From: Macrostomum lignano
Lineage: Eukaryota
Reading direction: 5' to 3'
Assembly (NCBI GenBank): GCA_002269645.1
Contig: NIVC01000296.1
Location: 620,001-684,000, forward strand
DNA length: 64,000 bases
A program made the translations under genes and the position numbers. Positions within the stretch are counted from its first letter, which is position 1. Each line of letters starts with the position of its first letter. The notes under the pieces are model-generated. The model saw only the letters and a list, made by a program, of their open reading frames with translations. It had not been told where the DNA came from and made no database searches. Positions 17,829 through 28,459 of this stretch are shown piece by piece.

Positions 17829-20800
17829 GAGTGTCTTTCTGTCTGTCTGTCTGTATATCTGTCGGTCTGTCTCTGTCTGTCGGTCTGTCTGTCTGTCTGA
17901 GTGTCTTTCTGTCTGTCTGTCTGTATATCTGTCGGTCTGTCTCTGTCTGTCTGTCTGTCTGTCTGTCTGAGTGTCTTTCTGTCTGTCTGTCTGTATATCT
18001 GTCGGTCTGTCTCTGTCTGTCGGTCTGTCGGTCTGTCTTAGTGTCTGCCTGTCTCTGTCTGTCCATCATAGTGTCCGCCTGTCTGCCCTTAAAACTTCCG
18101 TATTTTGACTGCGACAGCATTTATGAGTGGTTAAAATTAGTCAAAATTTCAACACACAAGAACAGAAATGATGAATAATAAAACAAAGGTCACCAAAAAT
18201 GTGTACGGGACGGATGGAGTCAATCAGATGCAGCAGGTGCGGGGATCTGACGGGCCATAAACAAACAATAATTATCGTCAATCATAACTTAATTATAATT
18301 AATTATAATGCTTGAAGTCTAGCTTAAAATAAATATCACTCAGTATAGAAATCAATGTATTGAAATTTGAAAACTGAAATATCTGCATGCATTCCTGATC
18401 GGTAAAAACTATTCAACAGGTAGCGGGACAAAGCTAAAAGCTAATGGCGTAATGCCCGGAAATAAAACTCAACTCCTCCACCAAATTAAAAAACGCCGCA
18501 AGCACTCACAAAGGTTCGCTCCATCTGCAAAATATTTCGAAATTCCAATCAGCTTTACGCGTGATATGCAGTCTGATTAGCAAGTTTATATACACTTTGG
18601 CATTCTTGAAGTGTGGTTACAATTTGCATTCTGCTCTGAACCGATCGGCAGATGCACTTGGCAGTGCTATGAGACCATTTTGGTAAATAAATTATAGAAA
18701 TTGTGAGCAACAAAATTATGATTTTTCATCAGGTGCGGTCTGCACTGCAGATGGAAAATTTATTAACAGAAACTCTGCATCGAAACTATGATTGACATCT
18801 TGCGGATTTCGTTGATTTGGTCTGATAATCCAGCATCCTTCATCATTCAATCCGCAACAGAATCTTTCATCATTCAGTCTGCCCCAGCATCCTTCATCAT
18901 TCAGTCTGCCCCAGCATCCTTCATCATTCAATCTGTCGCAGCATCCTTCATCATTTAATCTGCCCCAGCATCCTTCATCATTCATCTGCTACAGCATCCT
19001 TCATCACTCAATCTGCGCCAGAATCCTTCATCATTCAGTCTGCCCCAGCATCCTTCATCATTCAATCTGCTACAGCATCCTTCATCATTTAATCTGCTAC
19101 AGCATCCTTCATCACTCAATCTGCGCCAGAATCCTTCATCATTCAGTCTGCCCCAGCATCCTTCATCATTCAATCTGCTACAGCATCCTTCATCATTTAA
19201 TCTGCTACAGCATCCTTCATCATTCATCTGCTACAGCATCCTTCATCACTCAATCTGCGCCAGCATCCTTCATCATTCAATCTGCTACAGCATCCTTCAT
19301 CATTTAATCTGCTATAGCATCCTTCATCATTCATCTGCTACAGCATCCTTCATCACTCAATCTGCGCCAGCATCCTTCATCATGGCCGGACATTGCGTTC
19401 TAAGGCCGCATAAAGGATTACAAGGTGCAGTGCGACACTACACAGGAGCGCTGTCTGATGGTGCAAGTTTGCCAAATTTTAAATTCACAACTTCGTACAT
19501 TGAGATTTCAAACTGAAAAAAAAATAAATTAACAAAAAAGCTAACGCAAACCTTTGGCTTGTCCATTATTGTGTCCAGACAATTTTTAACAAAGAACACA
19601 TCTTGGGCGTGCATTCAATTATGCAATTGCAGGGCAGGTCAGTGTGAATGTGAAAGAAGATTTTCTGCATAATGACAAAAGCAAATAATGTTAAATATTA
19701 ATTGCATTTACTTGTTAACTACAGTTTAGGGAAAAACTAGAGAATTTCCGCAGTGGGAAAAGGACTCAGTGAGTAGATGAAGAGGACTCAGTGAGGGATG
19801 AAAAGGACTCAGTGAGTGGATGAAGGGGCCTCAGTGAGTGTGATGAAGGTGACTCAGTGGGGGATGAAGGTGACTCAGTGAGTTGATGAAGGTGACTCAG
19901 TGAGTTGATGAAGGTGACTCAGTGAGTGTGATGAAGGTGACTCTGTGGGGGATGAAGGTGACTCAGTGAGTGGATGAAGGTGACTCAGTGAGTGGATGAG
20001 GTAATTCAGTGAGTTGATGAAGGTGACTCAGTGAGTTGATGAAGGTTACTCAGTGAGTTGATGAAGGTGACTCAGTGAGTGGATGAGGTAATTCAGTGAG
20101 TTGATGAAGGTGACTCAGTGAGTTGATGAAGGTTACTCAGTGAGTTGATGAAGGTGACTCAGTGAGTTGATGAAGGTGACTCAGTGAGTGGATGAGGTAA
20201 CTCAGTGAGTGGTGACAGGGGCTCATAGACTGGAGCTTCATGGAAAGGAAGCAGACTGAAGACAGTCTTCTCTAACTGCATTCTATTTAATTCGCCAGAA
20301 AACCAAACAAGGTAAGAACAACACACAGTGAGCAGGCAGTGACGACAGCAAATCTACTTAGCGGTTAAAGCGACAAACTGAAGGGTAAGGCAAACATTTG
20401 AAAGGAATTAAACTAGCTTAAGGACACAATCTAGCTAGAATAAGTGAAAACAAATAGCACTACAAATCTAGTGTTAAAAAGTTTCAAGAGTCAAGAGTCG
20501 GTGCTAACAAATAATTATTCTCACCTGAGACTCCGCCTCAGTGGGAGTCTGATGGGACAAAACCATAAAATTATCGAGAGATAAAATAATAGTCGGGAAG
20601 TCAATAACCATATCTGGATTATTTCAAATGCAAACAATAAAGCAAGAGTTCTGAACTCACGTATTTAGCGGCCTGGTCCTGCCACACCACCAGCCTATTG
20701 CTGACCTCGTGCAGGCTGAGCATGGACTCAAGAAAGTACAAATTGTTGATGCGGCCGCTGGCATTCAGCAGGTGAAACAGGATTTCCGTCTCGTCTCTTG

Positions 20801-23800
20801 ATTGAAGGGACGCGAGGGCTTGGATTGAAATCTCAAATCTTAATTATGATCACGTGACCTAAATCTGAATCCCACAGTCCTTCAGAAACTGAATCCCACA
20901 GTCCCGAATCTGAATCCCACAGTCCAGAATCTGAATCCCATAGTCCCGAATCTGAGTCCCACAATCTCGAACCTGAATCCCCTAGTCCCGAAGCTGAATC
21001 CCCTAGTCCCGAATCTGAGTCCCACAATCTCGAATCTGAATCCCCTAGTCTTCTCGAATCTGAATCCCCTAGTCCCGAATTTGAATCCCAGAGTTCCGAA
21101 TCTGAATCCCACAGTCCCGAATCTGAATCCCACAGTCCAGAATCTGAATCCCATAGTCCCGAATCTGAGTCCCACAATCTCGAACCTGAATCCCCTAGTC
21201 TTCTCGAATCTGAATCCCCTAGTCCTGAATCTTAATCCCATAGTCCCGAATCTGAATCCCAGAGTTCCGAATCTGAATCCCACAGTCCCGAATCTGAATA
21301 TCATAGTTCCGAATGTAGATCCCACAGTCCCCGATATAGATCCCACAGTCCCGGGTGCAGATCCCAAGTTTCATACTCTTAACCCCACAATACTAGCAAA
21401 AAACATAAGCAATTAAAAATATCCTCCACGGGGGGATCTCGCACACTCACTCAAAACAGGTGGAAATTCCCGCCAGCTTGGGGTGGTGAAATTTCCCCCG
21501 ATACCGCTGCATCAGGCATTCGACATCGCGTATAACAAAGTCGCGCGATTTCAATTGCAGCTGGTGTGGCGCCTGCTGGGCGGCTTGCGATTGCTGCTGC
21601 TGGTTCGGCGCCAAGGACTGCGAAGCCAGAGCTGCGTAGACGTCCATGAGATCCAAGCGGGCCTGAACGAACTCCACAAGTTGGTCGCTGACGTGGCTGA
21701 CCAGCTTGGCCGAGGAGGCCCGAGAGACTCGCTGCAGCTCGGCGGACAGGCACCGGTAGGACTCGCGAAGGTTCTCCTTGCGAACGGTGAAGATCGGCGC
21801 CCGGGACTGCAGGTAGGAGAGGCTGTAGTAGGACTTTTCGTGTGAGCACAGCTCCGAGCAGGCGTTAAGGAAGGCGCGCCAGTTCGGCGACAGCACGGAT
21901 TTGTTCTGGTCCAGCTCTTTGTCCTGCGGGTCAGTGAGTTAGTGAGTGAGTGAGTGAGTGAGTGAGTGAGTGAGTGAGTGAGTGAAGGGGGCCGTAGCCC
22001 AGCGGTAGCGCAGCTGCTCTGGTGTGCCAGCGACCCAGGCTCGATTCCAAGTGCAGTCACATTAATTTGGGGCTGAATTGGAATCTCGGCTTGGCTCTGC
22101 TCGTGCAATTAACGGCCTCGAGAGCCAACCCCCCAAGGCACAGTGAAGTGTACATGCCTAACGATAATATAAAGTTAGGGCCGCTGTACACTCCTGTGTG
22201 AGTGTGTGCCTGCGTACGTATCCGCGCGCTTGTATGCCTGCTCAGGGGAGTCGGCGGAATGGGCAGTAATGCCTCTCGCCGGTTGTGTGCCTATGTCGCT
22301 TAAAGTGCGACAGGGTGCACACAACCCCTCTGCCTCTAAAAAAAGAGTGAGTCAGTCAGTCAGTCGGTGAGTCAGTCAGTGAGCCAGTGAGTCAGACAGT
22401 CAGTCAGTGAGTTGGTGCATTTTTTTATGCATTTCTATTAAGTCTACATCTACATATCTACAGTCTCTTCATCCCACAACAATGTCCATCCTAGGCTAAT
22501 TTAGCTTTGCTACATGTAAATGGGGGTTTTATGCCAACTTGAGGCTTTAGACTATAGCAAAGAACAGGTATCCCTGGTCACCTGAGCCAGGCTGCTGGAC
22601 TTACAATGATCTCCTTTGCTTTGTCAAAATGAAGAAATCGCAATGCTTCACTGAAAGAGTCCAAACTGGACCTTTCCACAAACTTTAAGTTGCCAGAGCC
22701 AAATTCTGCCTGTAAGAAAATTTAATGCAATGGTTAATTGGCATGTATTGCAAGTTTGGGATTTCTTCTAGTAGGCTTTATGCAAGCAAGATTACTAAAG
22801 GAAGCTAAAAACAAAAAGGATATAAGGCTAGTTGTATAGGTAATCAAAGCTCTACTAATTTTTTTATTATCTAAGCTTTTGTTTTTAACTAAATAACAAA
22901 CTACACAATTTTTGCATGTCAAATGTTTGACATTATTACCTAGGCTATAGTAAGGAACTCTAATGTCATAAAAATGATAATAATTTTAAAGTAAGCTTTT
23001 GGTACCTAGTGCCTTAATGGCTTTTTAAACATTAAAAAAACATTTAATTTCTAAATAATATTGATTTTTTCTAGACTACATTATTAAAAATTCTTTTTTT
23101 TAATTTTCAAGTTCATAGTTTATTTATTAATTTAAAAATTCCAAATAGGTTAAGCTTAAGTTAGTTACTTATAATAATTAAATAGGTCTTTATAGACAAG
23201 CTTTTTATTGTCTATAAACAATTAATTGGCTTTAAGTAGAGATAATTAATATTTTAATATTTTAGATAAAAAATAGGCCTAAGCCTAATAATATTAATAT
23301 AATTGATAAATAAAGTATAAATGAAAAGTCACTAGTAGGCCTAATAACTAAAAGTTGTATATATATATTCTGAATGCAAATAACTTTGGCCAATCAGTTT
23401 TTACCAATGTTAAACCTAAATGTTAAAATGTGCATAGCCAATGTATATAACAAACTAAGTAAATAGCATGATTCTGCATCTATATTATGATGACTTATCT
23501 ACCCTTCATCCATTGGTTAGCTATCCATTCTGATTATTGTCTAGTATGCAACTATCCTACTCATGTTAAATGTACATTTTAATGTCAGTAAAAACTGATT
23601 GGCCAAAGTTATATACATTATTCTAATATTCATAAATATGAGCTAATCATTAGAAATATAAAACTTCAATAGTATCTAGCTAATAAATTCAAAGATACAA
23701 TATGACAATTTAGCATCTTAGCCTAAGACTTAGGGTCAAAATTAAGGGTGCCAAAATTAAATTTGATAGGGCTTTTGTCATATGGGGGCATAACTATCAC

Positions 23801-24056
23801 AAAAAACTAACTAACCCAGTACCAATACTGCCTATAGTAGGCCAAATATGACTATGGCCATGGGTGAGCAGGGTGACTAGGGCCTACTAGTGGCTAGTAT
23901 CCATATCCACACTACAGAAGCAAAAAGTCTCATCTGATTTAAGCTGATCAAAAAATATTTATAGGCCTAAGCTGAGAAAAAAAACTTTTTCTGACTGGTC
24001 TTCTAGGCATACATACTATTCAGTAATTCACATACTGGCCTATGCAAGTTCAACAT
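15688..24056 (-). CDS. KICS2: KICSTOR subunit 2 (C12orf66) orthologue; exons 24056-24036 (tentative), 22709-22605, 21923-21451, 20796-20661, 17107-16625, 15951-15688; ~493 aa
   Basis: The spliced product recapitulates recalled human KICS2 motifs: [49 protein letters not shown]. All junctions are GT-AG and in phase; total 1482 nt. Confidence 0.88.
16095..16556. repeat. 21-bp minisatellite (AAAGTTATCCCAACTCAATTC)n
   Basis: Tandem repeat in the last KICS2 intron. Confidence 0.92.
17170..18075. repeat. Compound array: ~32-bp CTTAGTGTC-based repeat grading into (TCTG)n with a ~60-bp higher-order unit
   Basis: Direct repeats visible. Confidence 0.9.
18830..19382. repeat. 27-bp minisatellite (CATCCTTCATCATTCAATCTGCTACAG)n
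   Basis: Tandem repeat; source of the LNDEGC ORFs. Confidence 0.92.
19760..20215. repeat. ~22-bp minisatellite (GAAGGTGACTCAGTGAGTTGAT)n
   Basis: Tandem repeat. Confidence 0.92.
20860..21362. repeat. 21-bp minisatellite (GAATCCCACAGTCCCGAATCT)n
   Basis: Tandem repeat; source of the WDSDSGL ORFs. Confidence 0.92.
21987..22344 (+). mobile_element. tRNA-derived SINE (family A, copy 1), inserted in a (GAGT)n microsatellite
   Basis: A-box TAGCCCAGCGG, B-box GGCTCGATTCC, A-rich tail; homologous to 45695-46055 (shared CAGTCACATTAATTT, GCCAACCCCC AAGGCACAG, GGCCGCTGTACA). Confidence 0.75.
23380..23612. mobile_element. MITE-like element with a 25-bp perfect inverted repeat
   Basis: ATAACTTTGGCCAATCAGTTTTTAC (23380-23404) is the exact reverse complement of 23588-23612; TA flanks possible. 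Confidence 0.6.
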
Positions 24057-24692
24057 TGACGAACGAACGAGCACGAAGAAGTTATATTAAAACTCGTTTA
24101 CTGATCCCGTGTCAACTTGGCGCCAAATGCTTTTCATAGACATTAACAAATATGTTGTTGTCTATGTTGTTGTTGTTGTTGTTGTTATCATGTGCAAAGG
24201 CACTTGAGGACTAAATTTGGTGAGGATTAAAAACTTATTACAATCTACACTGTAGCAGTCTGAGTAGTAGATTATATTATAAATTATACAGTGTACACTG
24301 TTATGCATACATGTATGTACCACCGATACTGCAAGCACCGATCACGGGCGATCAATAGGGATAAAAGAATAAAAATAGACATATTATGTGCATATGTACA
24401 TGTACTCGAGCTTTAAATATTATTGATGTGTACAAAAATACCCATAGAGCCACCGCAAAGCAAAAACATGTGTGGCACGTCTATGGCAGATAGTCCCAGA
24501 ATAGCTTAACCTAAGCTTAACCCACTGAGTTAAGTAAATACATACCGACGTCGGGAACCAGAAGTAGCTTAATGAAGTTTTTGAGCCGCTGTTCAATTAA
24601 TACTACAGGGCCCATATCGATCGATTAATTAACTTTTTCATTCGGCCCATGACAGTTCGAGGTTGATAAAGTTCTCCTTTGGTGCTTTCGAG
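24057..24692. promoter_or_regulatory. Putative bidirectional promoter region between KICS2 and the CUB-LDLa gene
   Basis: Head-to-head start codons ~640 bp apart; CpG dinucleotides reappear abruptly at 24060. Confidence 0.45.
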
Positions 24693-27600
24693 ATGCGAAA
24701 TCCGGCTGCTGTCCTGCTGATCGTCAGTGTCCTGGCTGGGTCTGTGTGCTTAGTCAGCTCTGATGAAGCCAAACCTACCGAGTTCTATAGTGAGTATATG
24801 TAGTGAGTACTATATACACACATATTTTGCAGCGCACGAAAATGTTGATTGAGTTTTGTCAATAACTACAACGATGAACAGGTCCCATCTATCGTACTGT
24901 AACACACTGATCGAATAGTGACTACACAATCGTGCTGTACAATGTACACGCAAATCTAAAACCTTTGCGAACATCATATGTAGCAACAATTTTCTCATAA
25001 TAATAATGCATTCTTTTATTTTGAGCTTGATGCAACTGACTCAGTCTTGGGGTGGTTTTGTATCTCACATCACGTAGGCGATCCAAGAGTTATGTGTAAG
25101 ATTTTTATTGTCATTGACTCATGGAGTTTAATATCTATACGCTTCATTGTCCCTATAATTGCAGCAGAAGCCGATAGCTGTGGCGAAATAGTGGCTACAC
25201 GAACTGGTGGCTATCTAACCTCTCACAAATATTTTAACCGCTGCACCTACCCGATCGACCTCAAATGCACCTGGAAGCTGGTCAGCGTCCCAGAGGTCAA
25301 CGACACTCGATTGGACTTCAGTTTCGACGCTTACGAGATGCCGAGAGAAAATCAGCCGTGCAACGACATCTACTTGAGGTTCCATGATGGACACCGCCCG
25401 ACTGGGAAAGTGAGTACAGCTATGAACTTAAAACATGGTTTGTCCAATTTAAGGCAGGGGTTGCAGGACAAGGGGTTGTCCACCTTGAAAGAGTAGGGGT
25501 TGTTCACTCTAAAACAGTGATGCAAGAATCTCAATTTAAGACAGTGTGGATGTCGTTTCAACATATTTTAACTAGCTTATTGTACTCCAGAGCAACGCAG
25601 TTACTCCCTTTAAACTGAGCAGGTCATCAAGGCTCTGTGCGAAGGGCGCAAGATTCCTAAGCCGTTTCGGTCATTCAGCAACAAGGTGTTCGTGGAATTC
25701 AATAGCGGACGGTTCAGCGCCAGAGGCTTCTTATTAAAATGGCAGCGCGTTCGTAAGTTGTTGCAGATTCGTCTCTGCTTTGTAGCAGAGGGTCCGTAAG
25801 TTGTTGCAGATTCGTCTCTGCTTTGTAGCAGAGAGTCCGTACTCTGTTGCAGATTCGTCTCTGCTTTGTAGCAGAGAGTCCGTATTCTGTTGCAGATTCG
25901 TCTCTGCTTTGTAGCAGAGAGTCCGTATTCTGTTGCAGATTCGTCTCTGCTTTGTAGCAGAGGGTCCGTAAGTTGTTGCAGATTCGTCTCTGCTTTGTAG
26001 CAGAGAGTCCGTACTCTGTTGCAGATTCGTCTCTGCTTTGTAGCAGAGAGTCCGTATTCTGTTGCAGATTCGTCTCTGCTTTGTAGCAGAGGGTCCGTAA
26101 GTTGTTGCAGACTCGTCTCTGCTTTGTAGCAGAGAGTCCGTACTCTGTTGCAGATTCGTCTCTGCTTTGTAGCAGAGAGTCCGTATTCTGTTGCAGATTC
26201 GTCTCTGCTTTGTAGCAGAGGGTCCGTAATCTGTTGCAGATTCGTCTCTGCTTTGTAGCAGAGGGTCCGTAATCTGTTGCAGATTCGTCTCTGCTTTGTA
26301 GCAGAGGGTCCGTAAGTTGTTGCAGATTCGTCTCTGCTTTGTAGCAGAGAGTCCGTACTCTGTTGCAGATTCGTCTCTGCTTTGTAGCAGAGAGTCCGTA
26401 TTCTGTTGCAGATTCGTCTCTGCTTTGTAGCAGAGAGTCCGTATTCTGTTGCAGATTCGTCTCTGCTTTGTAGCAGAGAGTCCGTATTCTGTTGCAGATT
26501 CGTCTCTGCTTTGTAGCAGAGAGTCCGTATTCTGTTGCAGATTCGTCTCTGCTTTGTAGCAGAGAGTCCGTATTCTGTTGCAGATTCGTCTCTGCTTTGT
26601 AGCAGAGAGTCCGTATTCTGTTGCAGATTCGTCTCTGCTTTGTAGCAGAGGGTCCGTAAGTTGTTGCAGATTCGTCTCTGCTTTGTAGCAGAGGGTCCGT
26701 AAGTTGTTGCAGATTCGTCTCAGACCAGATGACTAAGATTGACTCAATTTTCGCGCATAATCTTGCAGGAGACTGCCGAAAAGACGACTTCACGTGCAGC
26801 AACGGCGAATGCGTCCCCAAGGAGTCTCGCTGCGACGGCGGCAAAGGAGAGCACTTGCGAGACTGCTCTGACGGCTCCGATGAGATTAACTGTGAGCTGC
26901 GTGTTGATGAGTCGCATTGATCTGAAACTGTCTAAAAGACTTATTTTGCACCCCATTCACCGGAAATTCGTACCAGGCCCCATCCTGACGCGCTGCCCAG
27001 CGGGAGAGCTGCTCTGCGGTCACAAGCTCCAGTGCTACAAAGCGGAGCACAAATGCGACGGCTCTAGTAACTGCCGAGACGGCTCTGACGAGCAAGGCTG
27101 TGAGATCCAAGCATAAAAGGTTATAAAGCTACCACAAATATCAAATAATTAGTCATTTCTATCCATTGCTACTTACAAAATCGAGCAAAATTGTAAAAAA
27201 ATGCCGGTGTATTGGAGTGATCGCTTTTGAGGATCGGCGCTAGCGTTTTGAGTTATATTGAGCATAGAAGTCGTCACTATGAGAGCCTTGGTGTCTGACT
27301 ATTCGCCTTAGCGTTCATCTGTTAGTCTATAAAAATTATCCAAAGCATCACTACATCAACTGGTTCATGAGCAGGCAAGAACCTTCAGGCCTGCAGCGAG
27401 GGCAAGACGCTGTGCGGGCACCAGCACAGCTGCGTGTCCACCACAAAGGTCTGCGACGGAGTTTCCGACTGCAAGGACAACAGCGACGAGGCCAACTGTA
27501 AGAAGAGATTTGTTTGATAAAATATTTTTCAGTCTTTTTTATTGTAAGCAATTTCGCCCTTGGGGAACTTTCAATGTGGGATAGCCAGCTGGCGTCAGTT

Positions 27601-28309
27601 GTAACGATTATGCAAATATGAGTAAATGAAGAGGTCAGAGGTCAAGGAGGAGAAATCAATTTTCATGGGGCAAATAATGATCATTAAAGACCATACACAT
27701 ACCTTTTTTACTCACTATGACTTCAGTCCATCCAACTCATCATATTAGTCATAGTTAGGAGGTTGTAGGTGGACTGATCGAGGTCGGGGTTTCGATTCTT
27801 GACCTACTCGAAGCAATCGAAGCAAGACACTTAACTCTGCATTGCTTTAGTTCACCAAGCTGTAAAATGGGTACCAGCATTAGCTGGGGTTTTTGAGTGT
27901 GTGTAGCGACCCCCCCTTAGTCCTTGGACTGAACAGCCGTTCGCAGCCTTCAGGATGCGCCGCGCAATAGCTGCGGCTGAGCTGTCGGTTGTACATCTGC
28001 CCACTAGGGCAGGTGTAATCAATTATTAATACTATTAGTATTTTAATTGTTATTATTATTACCATCGTAGTCCAGCAATAAATCAAATAATTTATCAATC
28101 CATCAATCCCGCAATCAAATAAAAAATCAATGAATTGCACCCGATAGGCTCGAGCTCAACCGTGTGCTCGAGCAGCCAGTTCCAGTGCAGACGGCAGGGG
28201 ATCTGCATTGACAAGGCCAAGCGCTGCGACATGCGCCAGGACTGCATGGACAACACGGACGAGGAGGACTGTAAGAAATAAGCCGAAAGACAGACACTAA
28301 GACAGAAAG

Positions 28310-28376
<67 letters not shown>

Positions 28377-28377
28377 C

Positions 28378-28459
<82 letters not shown>

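Noticed and set aside
21987-22070. tRNA gene (also at 45695 and ~29008)
   Set aside because: A/B boxes are present but there is no intact cloverleaf; the first two continue into a shared SINE body
22720-24020. NUMT (mitochondrial insertion), suggested by AT richness
   Set aside because: No recognisable mitochondrial gene, rRNA or tRNA motifs; flanked by in-phase KICS2 splice sites
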